A stretch of DNA of 64,000 nucleotides from Gaiellaceae bacterium (GCA_035456465.1 DATIDD010000077.1:4252-68251), one strand, 5' to 3'; counted from the first letter of the stretch, positions 17,765-27,106 are shown. The notes: generated by a model from the sequence alone, not told the origin. Program-made: numbers and translations.

Positions 17765-18552
17765 TGGCGGCGCTGCTCGAGCTCGACGGGGTCTCGATGG
17801 CGTTCGGCGGGCTCGACGTGATCCGCGAGCTCGACCTCGGCGTCTCGGAGGGCGAGATCGTCAGCGTGATCGGGCCGAACGGCGCCGGCAAGACGACGCT
17901 CTTCAACGTGATCACCGGCGTCTACCGCCCGACTGCCGGCGACGTCCGTCTCGGCGGTCGCAGCCTCGTCGGCCTCGACCCGCACCGGATCACGCGGCTC
18001 GGCGTGGCGCGGACGTTCCAGACGCTGCGGCTGTTCCTGAACATGACGGTGAAGGAGAACGTGATGGCCGCCGCGTACGGCCACACCCGTGCGGGCGTCT
18101 TCCGCTCGATGCTGCGGACGCCGGGGATGCGGCGCGAGGAGCGGGAGATCGAGGCGCTCGCCGAGGAGCGGCTCGCCTTCTTCGGCCAGCGGCTGATGGG
18201 CTACCGCTGGGACCAGCCCGCCTACTCGTTGTCGTACGCGAACCGCCGACGGCTGGAGATCGCCCGCGCCACCGCCACGAACCCGCGCGTGCTGCTGCTC
18301 GACGAGCCGGCCGCCGGGATGAACCCGGCCGAGACGCAGGAGATCACCGGGCTCATCGGCACGCTGCGCGAGCGCGGCGGCTACACGATCCTCGTGATCG
18401 AGCACGACATGCACGTCGTCGAGGGGATCTCCGACCGCGTCGTCGCGCTCGACCACGGCGTGAAGATCGCGGAGGGCTCGTTCGACGACGTCGCGACCGA
18501 CCCGCGAGTGGTCGAGGCCTACCTCGGGACCGGGGAGGTGGCGCGGCGGTGA
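17764..18552 (+). CDS. livG: Branched-chain amino acid ABC transporter ATP-binding protein
   Basis: Walker A GPNGAGKTT, signature LSYANRRRLEIA, Walker B LLLDEPAAGMN. ATG overlaps the livM stop. Confidence 0.9.
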   Translation: MAALLELDGVSMAFGGLDVIRELDLGVSEGEIVSVIGPNGAGKTTLFNVITGVYRPTAGDVRLGGRSLVGLDPHRITRLGVARTFQTLRLFLNMTVKENVMAAAYGHTRAGVFRSMLRTPGMRREEREIEALAEERLAFFGQRLMGYRWDQPAYSLSYANRRRLEIARATATNPRVLLLDEPAAGMNPAETQEITGLIGTLRERGGYTILVIEHDMHVVEGISDRVVALDHGVKIAEGSFDDVATDPRVVEAYLGTGEVARR

Positions 18553-19301
18553 GCGAGGCGGGCCCGCCCGCGGCCACGGCGGCGGCGAACGGCACGCCGC
18601 TCCTGCGCCTGGCCGGCTGCGACACCTACTACGGGCCGATCCACATCCTCCAGGGCGTCGAGCTCGAGGTGCGGCCGGGCGAGCTCGTCTGCCTGCTCGG
18701 CGGCAACGCGTCGGGGAAGTCGACGACGCTGAAGACGATCCTCGGGATCGTGCGGCCGCGCAGGGGGAGCGTGGAGTTCGACGGCGAGGACGTGACCGAC
18801 CGGAGCACGTCGTACCGGATCGCGCGCGGGATGGCGATCGTGCCGGAGAACCGCCGCCTGTTCGCGCCGATGACCGTGCTCGAGAACCTCGAGATGGGCG
18901 CCTACCTCACCCCGGGCCGGCGGCTCAAGGAGGACCTGGAGCGCGTCTACACCCTCTTCCCGCTGCTGCACGAGCGGCGGGGCCAGCTCGCGGGGACGCT
19001 CTCGGGCGGCGAGCAGCAGATGGTCGCGATGGGGCGGGCGCTGATGTCGCGGCCGAAGCTGATGCTGATGGACGAGCCGTCGATGGGGCTGGCGCCGATC
19101 CTCGTCGAGCGCAGCTTCGAGATCATCCAGGAGGTGCACGAGGCGGGCGTGGCGATCCTCGTCGTCGAGCAGAACGCGAACGTGTCCCTCTCGATCGCCG
19201 ATCGCGGCTACGTGCTCTCGACCGGGCGGGTCGTCCTCACCGGTACCGCGGCCGAGCTGCTCCGCGACGAGAACCTGCGAAAGGCCTACCTTGGACGTTG
19301 A
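18549..19301 (+). CDS. livF: Branched-chain amino acid ABC transporter ATP-binding protein
   Basis: Walker A GGNASGKST, signature LSGGEQQMVAMGRAL, Walker B LMLMDEPSMGLAP. Confidence 0.9.
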   Translation: MSEAGPPAATAAANGTPLLRLAGCDTYYGPIHILQGVELEVRPGELVCLLGGNASGKSTTLKTILGIVRPRRGSVEFDGEDVTDRSTSYRIARGMAIVPENRRLFAPMTVLENLEMGAYLTPGRRLKEDLERVYTLFPLLHERRGQLAGTLSGGEQQMVAMGRALMSRPKLMLMDEPSMGLAPILVERSFEIIQEVHEAGVAILVVEQNANVSLSIADRGYVLSTGRVVLTGTAAELLRDENLRKAYLGR

Positions 19302-20514
19302 GCAGCGCCTCCGGCTCGCGAACGGCGGTGCCGATACGACCGACGTGACCCCTGCGCCCCGACCGCGCGACGCGGGCCCGCTCCCGCACCGCATCCGGCA
19401 CCGCTTTCCCATCTTCGAGCGGCTCGTCTACATCAACTCGTGCTCGCAGGGGGCGCTCTCCGACGCCGTGCGGGGGTCGTACGAGGCCTACCTCCGCGAC
19501 TGGGACGACAAGGGGGCGCCCTGGGAGTACTGGGTCGAGCGGCAGGAGGCGGCGCGGGCGGCCTTCGCGCGCCTCGTGAACGCCGCCGCCGACGAGGTCG
19601 CGGTGACGACCTCGCTGTCGGCGGCCGTGTCGTCGCTCGCGACCGGCCTGCGCTTCGCCCGGCGGTCGAGGATCGTGCTCACCGACTGGGAGTTCCCCAC
19701 CATCGGGCAGATCTGGCACGCACAGGAGCAGCGCGGCGCGAGGGTCGTCCACGTGCGCGAGGACGGCGACGGGACGCTGCCGCTCGAGGGCTTCGAGCAG
19801 GCGATCGACGACGACACGTTGCTCGTCTCGATCACCCACGTCTGCTACCGGAACGGCGCGATGCTCGACGTCGAGCCGATCGTCCGCCTCGCCCACGACC
19901 GCGGGGCGCTGGTGCTGCTCGACGCGTACCAGTCGGCGGGCTCGATGCCGCTCGACGTGCAGGCGCTCGGGGTCGACTTCCTCGCCGCCGGCGCGCTCAA
20001 GTACCTGCTCGGCTCCGCCGGCCTCGCGTGGCTCTACGCGCGGCGGGACGTCGTCGAGCGGGTCCGGCCCGCGGCCACCGGCTGGTTCGCCGACGAGGAC
20101 GTGTTCGCGATGGACGTGTCGGACTACTCGCCGGCACCCGACGCGCGGCGCTTCCAGTACGGCACGCCGCCGATCCCGCCGATCTACGCCGGGATCGCCG
20201 GCGTCGAGCTGATGGAGGAGATCGGGCTCGAGGACACACGGGCGCACGTCGAGGAGCTGAACCGGCGCCTCGTCGACGGGCTCGACGACCTGCGGGCGAC
20301 CGTGGTGACGCCGCGGAAGCGTCGGCGCCGCGGCGCGCTCGTGTGCGTGCGCTCGCGCGACGCCAACCGGCTCGTCGCGGCGCTGCGGCGGGAGGGGATC
20401 GTCACCTCGTCGCGCGCCGACAACCTGCGTATCTCGGCGCACGCCTACAACTCCGTGGCGGACGTCGACCTCGTGCTCGAGGCGCTCGCCCGGAACCGCT
20501 CGCTGCTCGCGTAG
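19291..20514 (+). CDS. Aminotransferase class V-fold PLP-dependent enzyme
   Basis: YINSCSQGALS, SITHVCYRNG, LLDAYQSAGSMPLD, AAGALKYLLGS (putative PLP Lys). Start codon uncertain (TTG 19291 per the track). Confidence 0.8.
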   Translation: MDVEQRLRLANGGADTTDVTPAPRPRDAGPLPHRIRHRFPIFERLVYINSCSQGALSDAVRGSYEAYLRDWDDKGAPWEYWVERQEAARAAFARLVNAAADEVAVTTSLSAAVSSLATGLRFARRSRIVLTDWEFPTIGQIWHAQEQRGARVVHVREDGDGTLPLEGFEQAIDDDTLLVSITHVCYRNGAMLDVEPIVRLAHDRGALVLLDAYQSAGSMPLDVQALGVDFLAAGALKYLLGSAGLAWLYARRDVVERVRPAATGWFADEDVFAMDVSDYSPAPDARRFQYGTPPIPPIYAGIAGVELMEEIGLEDTRAHVEELNRRLVDGLDDLRATVVTPRKRRRRGALVCVRSRDANRLVAALRREGIVTSSRADNLRISAHAYNSVADVDLVLEALARNRSLLA

Positions 20515-20530
20515 CCGCACGCCCCCGCGC

Positions 20531-20566
20531 TTGACATTCATAGCATTCCGGCTATGAATGAGAATG
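20531..20566 (+). promoter_or_regulatory. AT-rich promoter with embedded perfect inverted repeat (operator candidate) upstream of the DUF2339 gene
   Basis: -35 TTGACA (20531-20536) and -10-like TATGAA (20553-20558). IR CATTCATAGC (20535-20544) / GCTATGAATG (20551-20560) with a 6-bp spacer. Extra GAATG/CATTC pentamers at 20544-20548 and 20562-20566. SD GGAAGGAGGG precedes ATG 20579. Confidence 0.6.
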
Positions 20567-20578
20567 GAAGGAGGGCTC

Positions 20579-23500
20579 ATGAGCGGCACCCCGTCGCCCG
20601 CCCGGTCGCACGATCCCCAGTCCGCTCAGGGCGCCCGGATCGCGCCGCTCGTCTTCCTCGTCGTGGTCGGGCTCCCCTGGGTCGGCGTGATCGCGCTGCT
20701 GCCCGAGCCGGTCGGCGCGATCTGGTCGCTGTCCGCGCTCGGCCTCTGGTTCCGCGAGCTCGTGAGGCTCTCGCGCGGCAACGGCTGGAAGGCCGTCGGG
20801 ACCTGGTGGCTGATGACGCTCGTCGCGCCCGCAGCGCTGCTCGTCGTCGTGGTCGACGCGGCGACGCACCGCCGCCGCACGGGAGCGCCCGTGCCCGTGC
20901 CCGCGGCCGCCACGCCGGCCCCAATGTCCAGGGGATCAGTGTCCGGGGGATCGGTGTCCGGGGGATCGGTGTCCGGGGGATCGCCCCGCCCCGCGGCCGC
21001 ACCGCCGGTGCCGGCCGCGGTCCTGAGCCGCCTCGACGACGCCGAGCGGCGCGTCCGTTCGCTCGAGCGAGAGCTGCGGGAGCTGCGCGCGCTCGTCGCC
21101 GCGCCGCAGCCGGCCCAGGCGGCTGCGGCGTCCCCTGCGGCCGCCGCGGCGGCACCCGTGGCGCGTCCCGTCGCGACGCAGCCGCCCCCCGTCGCGGCGC
21201 CGGCGCCGGCCGCCCCGCCGGCGCGCGCCGCCGAGACGAGGCCGCCGCGCCTGCCGGCGCTGACGGTCTCGGACCTCCTCGGAGCGCGCGGCCTCGCGTG
21301 GGCCGGCGGGATCGTCACGCTCCTCGGCGTCGTCTTCCTGTTCGTGCTCGCGGTCAACCGCGGCTGGATCGGGCCGGCCGAGCGCGTCTCCATCGGTGCG
21401 CTCGCCTCGGCGCTCGTGCTCTGCGCAGGAGTGGTCGCGCGGCGCCGCTACGGCCAGCTCGACGCTGCGCTCGCCGCCGTCGGGGCGGGCCTCGCGGGAG
21501 GCTACGCGACGTTGCTGGCGGCGACGGCGCTCTACGACCTCGTCGACCAGGGCGTCGCGCTCGTGCTCGCCGCGGGGATCGCCGCCGTCGGCACGGCGGT
21601 CGCGCTCGCGTGGTCGGCCGAGATCCTCGCCGGGATCGGGCTCGTCGGCGCTGCGCTCGCCCCGGGGGCGATCGCCCTGGACAGCGGGATCGAGACGCTC
21701 GGAACGGCGTTCGCGGCGCTCGTGTTCGCCGCGCTCGCGGTCGTCGCGCAGCGCCGCGGGTGGACGTGGCTGCTCGTCGCGGGCGTCGTCGCCACCGCGC
21801 CGCAGGCGTTCGCGCTCGTGGCTTCCGAGCGCGACGCGGCGTCCTCCTCGAGCGCGGTCGTCGTCGCGACGATGCTCGTCGCCCTCTACCTCGCCGCGGC
21901 GGTCGTCCGCGGCCGGGCGGCGCCGCGACTCGACCCCCTGACCTCGACGCTCGTCCCGCTCTCGGCCTCGCTCGGGGTCGCGGCCGCCTTCGCGCTCCTC
22001 GACCGACCGGGGGCCGGCCTGCTCGTCCTGGCGCTGCCGTACGCCGCCCTCGCGGTGGGCCTCTTCGCCCCGTCACGGGAGCTCGCGGCGCTCCTCGCGG
22101 CGGCGGCGATGGTCGTCAGCGCGCTCGGCTTCGCAGATCTGCTCGGCGGCGCGGGCCTGACGCTCGCGTGGGCGCTCCAGGCGGCGGCGCTCGCCTGGCT
22201 CGCCGGGCGGACGGTCGAGCCGCGCTTCGCCGCCGCGTCGCTCGGCTACCTCGCGCTCGCGGCCGGCCACACGGTCGCGTTCGACGCGCCGCCCACCGAC
22301 CTCTACCGCGCCGGGAGCGACCCGGCCGCCGGGATCCCGGCGGTGCTCGTCGTCGGCGTGGCGGCCGCGCTCGTCGCGTGGTTCGCGCGCGGCTGGCAGG
22401 CCCCCGCCACCGGAGGCGGCAGACTCGTCCAGTTGTTCGCGCGCGTCGCCGCCGCGCGCCGATACTGGGTGGCCGGTGCGGGCGCGGTGGCCGCGCTCGC
22501 GGCGGTCGACGCCGCCTCTCTGGGCACGCTCGCGCTCGTCGACGCCGCCGGCGCCGAGCCGCCGTTCGCGTGGGGCCGCGTCGCCGTCGCGGTGCTGTGG
22601 TCGGCACTCGGAGCCGCGGCCTTCGCCGCCGGCGCGTGGACCGGGCGCCGGCCGGTCTGGATCGCGGGCGGGGTCTGGCTCGCGGTCACGGTCGCCGACA
22701 CGCTCGCGTTCGACCTCGTGGAGCTCCCGCACACGCAGGCCGGCTGGGCGGCCGCCGCCGTCGCCGCCGGGCTGCTGGCCGCGGGCTTCCTCGCAGAGCT
22801 CGCGCGCGAGCCGCGGCCGGTCCCGGCGGCGCTCGCGTCCGTGGCGGCGATCCTCGGCTCGGCGGGGCTCGCGGCGACGGCGGTCGGCCTGCTCCTCGAG
22901 AGCGACGCGGCGCGCGGGCTCGCCTGTCTCGGCGTCGCGGCGGTCGACGCGATCGCAGCAGCGGCCGTGTTCCGCCGCGAGGACCGGCGCGACGGCGCGA
23001 CGAGCCTGTGGGCGGTCGCGCTGGCATCCGCGCTCGCCGGGGCGCTCCTGCTCCTCGACGGGACGGTGCTCGTCCTCGCGACCGCTGCCGGCGCCGTCGC
23101 GCTCGCCTGGCTCCTCGGCGTCACCGGCGAGCGGCGGCTCGCCTTCGGCGCGCTCGCGTTCCTCGCGGTCGCGGCCGGCGTCACGTTCGTCGAGCTCGCA
23201 CCGCCGGCCGACCTGCTCTCCGCCAACGAGACGCCGGCCGACGGCGCGCCAGCCGCTGGGCTCGTCGCCGCTGCGCTGGCCGCGATCGCCGCGCTCGTGC
23301 GCCGGCCGTCGCGGCCTCCGGTCGACGCGGTCGACCGCGCGCTCGACGCCGTGCTCCCGCCGGCCCGTCCGGTGCTGACGTGGGCCGCGGCCGCCACGGC
23401 CCTGTACGCGGGCAGCCTGCTCACCCTGGGCGTCGTGCTGGAGCTGGGCAGGGCGGACCTGACGACGGAGTTCCAGCGCGGGCACACCGCGGTCAGCGCC

Positions 23501-23746
23501 GTCTGGGGCGTCGTCGCGCTCGTCCTCCTGTACGCCGGGCTCCGTCGCGGCGCGCAGCCGCTCCGCCTCGCCGGCTTCGCCCTGTTCGGCGCCGCGCTCG
23601 TGAAGCTCTTCCTCTACGACCTGAGCACGCTCAGCTCGGTCACGCGCGCGCTGTCGTTCCTCGCCGTCGGCGCCGTCCTGCTCCTCGCCGGGTTCTTCTA
23701 CCAGCGGCTCGCCGGCCCGCGCGGAGGGGGGCCACGCGCCGCCTGA
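20579..23746 (+). CDS. DUF2339-like large polytopic membrane protein
   Basis: TM N-terminus, Pro/Ala-rich linker, coiled-coil (LDDAERRVRSLERELRELRALV), then more than 20 Ala/Leu/Gly-rich TM segments. Start at ATG 20579 is preferred for its SD; the track start is 20558. Confidence 0.7.
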   Translation: MSGTPSPARSHDPQSAQGARIAPLVFLVVVGLPWVGVIALLPEPVGAIWSLSALGLWFRELVRLSRGNGWKAVGTWWLMTLVAPAALLVVVVDAATHRRRTGAPVPVPAAATPAPMSRGSVSGGSVSGGSVSGGSPRPAAAPPVPAAVLSRLDDAERRVRSLERELRELRALVAAPQPAQAAAASPAAAAAAPVARPVATQPPPVAAPAPAAPPARAAETRPPRLPALTVSDLLGARGLAWAGGIVTLLGVVFLFVLAVNRGWIGPAERVSIGALASALVLCAGVVARRRYGQLDAALAAVGAGLAGGYATLLAATALYDLVDQGVALVLAAGIAAVGTAVALAWSAEILAGIGLVGAALAPGAIALDSGIETLGTAFAALVFAALAVVAQRRGWTWLLVAGVVATAPQAFALVASERDAASSSSAVVVATMLVALYLAAAVVRGRAAPRLDPLTSTLVPLSASLGVAAAFALLDRPGAGLLVLALPYAALAVGLFAPSRELAALLAAAAMVVSALGFADLLGGAGLTLAWALQAAALAWLAGRTVEPRFAAASLGYLALAAGHTVAFDAPPTDLYRAGSDPAAGIPAVLVVGVAAALVAWFARGWQAPATGGGRLVQLFARVAAARRYWVAGAGAVAALAAVDAASLGTLALVDAAGAEPPFAWGRVAVAVLWSALGAAAFAAGAWTGRRPVWIAGGVWLAVTVADTLAFDLVELPHTQAGWAAAAVAAGLLAAGFLAELAREPRPVPAALASVAAILGSAGLAATAVGLLLESDAARGLACLGVAAVDAIAAAAVFRREDRRDGATSLWAVALASALAGALLLLDGTVLVLATAAGAVALAWLLGVTGERRLAFGALAFLAVAAGVTFVELAPPADLLSANETPADGAPAAGLVAAALAAIAALVRRPSRPPVDAVDRALDAVLPPARPVLTWAAAATALYAGSLLTLGVVLELGRADLTTEFQRGHTAVSAVWGVVALVLLYAGLRRGAQPLRLAGFALFGAALVKLFLYDLSTLSSVTRALSFLAVGAVLLLAGFFYQRLAGPRGGGPRAA
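20931..20983 (+). repeat. 15-bp tandem repeat x ~3.5 within the DUF2339 gene (encodes GSVSG x3)
   Basis: ggggatcagtgtccg / ggggatcggtgtccg / ggggatcggtgtccg / ggggatcg... Confidence 0.9.
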
Positions 23747-23769
23747 CGAGCCGCGCTAGCATCGCACGC

Positions 23770-24039
23770 ATGCGATACGACGCTCGGGCTCTCGATCGCC
23801 TGCGCGCCCGGATCGCGGGCGCGGAGAACGGCTGGTTCTTCGCGCAGATCGCGGACCGGGTCGCGGAGCGCCGCAAGGAGCTCGGCCTCTCGCAGCAGCA
23901 GCTCGCCGTGCTCACGGGGACGACGCAGTCCGCGATCGCCCGGCTCGAGAAGGGCGGCCGGCCACCACGGATCGACACGCTGCTGCGGATCGCCGAGGCG
24001 CTCGACTGCGAGCTCGTCGTCGAGCTCCGGCCGCGGTAG
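23770..24039 (+). CDS. XRE-family helix-turn-helix transcriptional regulator (89 aa)
   Basis: LGLSQQQLAVLTGTTQSAIARLEKGGRPPRIDTLLRIAEAL is a canonical HTH_3/XRE motif. Only the terminal 89 codons of the 1161-aa track ORF. Confidence 0.85.
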   Translation: MRYDARALDRLRARIAGAENGWFFAQIADRVAERRKELGLSQQQLAVLTGTTQSAIARLEKGGRPPRIDTLLRIAEALDCELVVELRPR

Positions 24040-24938
24040 TGGCGCCGGCGATCCACGTGACGCGGCGCCTGCCGGCGCGCGTCGAGCACGAGCTCGCGGC
24101 GCGGTTCGAGCTCGTGCCGGCGCCGGCGGGCGCCGAGGGCCTGCTCGTGAACCCCGGTGACCGCGTGGACACGGCGGCGCTCGACGAGGCCGGGCCCGGC
24201 CTCCGCGTGGTGGCGGTCTTCGGCGTCGGCCACGACAACGTCGACCTCGACGCCGCGACCGCACGCGACGTCGTCGTCGCGAACACGCCGGGGGTCCTCA
24301 CCGAGGCCACGGCGGAGCTGACGATCGCGCTCCTGCTCGCGCTGCTGCGGCGCGTCGCGGAGGGAGACCGGCTCGTGCGGCGCGGCGACCCCTGGCGGCT
24401 GGCACCGACGTTCATGCTCGGCCGCGGCCTCCGGGGCCTGCGGCTCGGCATCGTCGGCTACGGCCGGATCGGCCGCGAGGTGGGACGGCTCGCGGAGGCG
24501 CACGGGATGCAGGTCGTCCCGATCGGGCGGGGCGAGCTCGACCGGCTCGGCGAGGTCGACGTCGTGTCCCTCCACGTGCCGCTGACGGCCGAGACGCGCC
24601 ACCTGGTCGGCGCCGAGGAGCTGGCGCGGCTGCGGCCCGGCGCGGTGCTGGTCAACACCTCGCGCGGCGCCGTCGTCGACGAGGCGGCGCTCGCGGAGGC
24701 GCTCGAGGCAGGGCGGCTCGCGGGGGCTGCGCTCGACGTCTTCGAGCACGAGCCGGTGGTGCACCCGGGCCTGCTCGGTCGGGAGGACGTCGTGCTCACG
24801 CCGCACCTCGGCAGTGCGACCCTCGAGGCGCGCGAGGCGATGGGGATGCTGTGCGTGGAGGCGCTCCGCGCGGTCCTCGTGGACGGCGATCCGCCGGCGC
24901 ACGCGCTGAACCCGGAGGCGCTACGGTCCCGCCCGTGA
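24039..24938 (+). CDS. D-isomer-specific 2-hydroxyacid dehydrogenase (glyoxylate/hydroxypyruvate reductase-like)
   Basis: NAD motif LGIVGYGRIGREVG. Catalytic region NTSRGAVVDE...LDVFEHEP...TPHLGSAT. Confidence 0.88.
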   Translation: MAPAIHVTRRLPARVEHELAARFELVPAPAGAEGLLVNPGDRVDTAALDEAGPGLRVVAVFGVGHDNVDLDAATARDVVVANTPGVLTEATAELTIALLLALLRRVAEGDRLVRRGDPWRLAPTFMLGRGLRGLRLGIVGYGRIGREVGRLAEAHGMQVVPIGRGELDRLGEVDVVSLHVPLTAETRHLVGAEELARLRPGAVLVNTSRGAVVDEAALAEALEAGRLAGAALDVFEHEPVVHPGLLGREDVVLTPHLGSATLEAREAMGMLCVEALRAVLVDGDPPAHALNPEALRSRP

Positions 24939-25546
24939 GCGACGTGTTCGCCGCGATCCGGGACGGCGACCTCAGGCGGGTGCGGGAGCTCGCCGCCGCC
25001 GACCCGGCCGTCGGCGCGCAGCGGGACGAGCAGGGGCTCTCGGCGGTGCTGACGGCCCGCTATCACGACCGGCTCGACATGGTCGAGGCGTTGCTGCCCC
25101 ACGACGAGCAGCTCGACGTGTGGGAGGCGGCGGCGCTCGGCCGCACGGAGCGCCTGCGCGGGCTGCTCGACGAGGATCCGGAGCGTGCCAACGCGCCGTC
25201 ACGCGACGGGTTCCGGCCGCTCGCGCTGGCGGCCTTCTTCGGCCACGCCGAGGCGGTGCCGCTCCTGCTCGAGCGCGGTGCGGACGTCGGCGCACGCGGC
25301 ACCGGCGCGATCAGGACGACCGCGCTCGAGGCCGCGGCGGCGAGCGACCATGCCGGGATCGTGCGGCTGCTCCTCGACGCGGGCGCGAACCCGGCCTCGA
25401 CGCAGCCGGGCGGCTTCACGCCGCTGCACGCGGCGGCGCAGAACCGCAACCGGGAGCTGTACGAGCTCCTGCTCGAGCGCGGCGCCGACCCCGAGGCGCG
25501 GACGGACGACGGCCTGACCGCCGCCTGGCCGGATTCGTGGCTCTGA
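24935..25546 (+). CDS. Ankyrin-repeat protein
   Basis: ANK repeats GFRPLALAAFFGHAEAVPLLLERGADV, TALEAAAASDHAGIVRLLLDAGANP, GFTPLHAAAQNRNRELYELLLERGADP. GTG start overlaps the dehydrogenase stop (GTGA). Confidence 0.85.
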   Translation: MSDVFAAIRDGDLRRVRELAAADPAVGAQRDEQGLSAVLTARYHDRLDMVEALLPHDEQLDVWEAAALGRTERLRGLLDEDPERANAPSRDGFRPLALAAFFGHAEAVPLLLERGADVGARGTGAIRTTALEAAAASDHAGIVRLLLDAGANPASTQPGGFTPLHAAAQNRNRELYELLLERGADPEARTDDGLTAAWPDSWL

Positions 25547-25559
25547 GCCACGAAGTCCG

Positions 25560-26333
25560 CTAGCCGCCCGCGCGCTCGGCGCTGCGCAGGCCGCCTCGGG
25601 CCCACGCCGACAGCGCTGCCGCGAGGGCGAGGGCGACGGCGAAGGCCGCCACCACGTGCGTGGTCGCGCCGGCGAGGAGCGCCCGCGCCGCAGCGAGGAG
25701 CGTCGTCAGCGGGTTCACCGAGGCGACCCCGTGTAGCCAGCCGTGGAGCAGCTCGAGCGGCACGAACACCGGGGCGAGGAAGATCAGCAGGAAGATCGGC
25801 AGCTGCATGATCGGCCCCGCCTGCGCCGAGCGCAGCCGCATCGCGACCCCGGACCCCCACAGCGTCCCCGCGACGTTGACGAGCAGCGCGAGCAGGAGCA
25901 GCGCTGCCAGCTCGGCCGGGCTTCCGTCCACGCCCATCCCGCTGACGAGCCCGACGACGAAGACGACGGAGATCGTGAACAGCCAGCGCACGGACGACGC
26001 GATCAGGTAGCCGAGCACGATCCCGCTCCGCCGTGGGGAGGCGAGCAGGAGCCGCCGCATGAAGCCGCGCTCGAAGTCGCGGGCGATGCCGAAGCCGGTG
26101 AAGACGCCGCCCATCGCCGCGCTCTGCAGCAGCACGAATGCGAACTGGAACGTCTCGTAGCCCGGCCCGTAGTCGAACCCGGGCACGTCGCCGACACGCG
26201 AGAGGCCGCCGGCGAAGCCGAGGAAGAAGATCATCGGGAACAGCAGCGCCGGCAGCAGCAGCGCGGGGTTCGTGAAGACGTTGTGCACGATCCGCCAGGA
26301 GACGCCCAGCGCGACGGAGACGATCCCTCTCAT
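25560..26333 (-). CDS. ABC-2 type transporter permease
   Basis: Six-TM ABC-2/DrrB-like profile. ATGA overlap with the upstream permease. Confidence 0.85.
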   Translation of the reverse strand: MRGIVSVALGVSWRIVHNVFTNPALLLPALLFPMIFFLGFAGGLSRVGDVPGFDYGPGYETFQFAFVLLQSAAMGGVFTGFGIARDFERGFMRRLLLASPRRSGIVLGYLIASSVRWLFTISVVFVVGLVSGMGVDGSPAELAALLLLALLVNVAGTLWGSGVAMRLRSAQAGPIMQLPIFLLIFLAPVFVPLELLHGWLHGVASVNPLTTLLAAARALLAGATTHVVAAFAVALALAAALSAWARGGLRSAERAGG

Positions 26334-27106
26334 GTCCTGCTCAGCCGCTCGCGGAAGGCCGCGCGGGAGAGGGCGAGGGCGCCGGCGACCATCGCGATCC
26401 CCACGCCGAAGCCGAGCGCGAGCGCCTGCGCGTCCCACCCCTCGACGATCAGGCTGCGGATGCCCTCGATCAGGTACGAGACGGGGTTGGCCGTCGCGAC
26501 CGCGCGGAACCAGTCCGCCTCGATCAGGTTCCGGGGCAGGTTCATCGACGACAGGAACAGCGCGACGAAGAACAGCGGGAACATCCCTTGCACCGCCTCC
26601 GAGGACCCGGTGCGCAGCGCCACGGCGGTGCCGAGCGCGCCGAACGCGAGCGCGATCAGCGAGGCGAGCGCGAACAGGACGACGACGCCGAGCGGCCCCG
26701 CGCGGAAGTCGGCTCCGGCGACGAGCCCGGCGGTGAGGTAGACGGAGGCCTGCACGACGCCGATCACGACCGCCGCGCCGAGGTGGCCGAGCACGAGCGG
26801 CGCGCCGCTCGCGGGCGTGAGCGCGAGGCGGTTGAGGAAGCCGCTCTCGATGTCGCGCGCGAGCTCCGTCGCGGCGCCGGAGGAGACGAACAGCGCGCCC
26901 TGGACGAAGGGGATCGCGAGCGCGACGTCGAGGTAGGTCGCGTCGGGGAAGCCGGGGAGCCGGTCGGCGGGGCTCAGGCCGCTCGCGATCACCGCCAGGA
27001 ACACGAGCGGGAACACGAGCGCGAAGAACGCGCTGCCGGGCTGGCGCGCCGTCCGGAGCAGCGATCGCCGCGTCAGCTGCGCGACGTTCGCAACCCACCG
27101 CCTCAT
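26330..27106 (-). CDS. ABC-2 type transporter permease
   Basis: DrrB-like N-terminus (QLTRRSLLRTARQPGSAFFALVFPLVFL). ATGA overlap with the ATPase gene. Confidence 0.85.
   Translation of the reverse strand: MRRWVANVAQLTRRSLLRTARQPGSAFFALVFPLVFLAVIASGLSPADRLPGFPDATYLDVALAIPFVQGALFVSSGAATELARDIESGFLNRLALTPASGAPLVLGHLGAAVVIGVVQASVYLTAGLVAGADFRAGPLGVVVLFALASLIALAFGALGTAVALRTGSSEAVQGMFPLFFVALFLSSMNLPRNLIEADWFRAVATANPVSYLIEGIRSLIVEGWDAQALALGFGVGIAMVAGALALSRAAFRERLSRT

Noticed and set aside
20554-24039. 1161-aa Arg-rich ORF overlapping the DUF2339 gene
   Set aside because: This is a frame-shifted shadow of the DUF2339 gene with extreme Arg/Ala/Pro/Gly content. Only its last 89 codons (XRE HTH protein, 23770-24039) look genuine.
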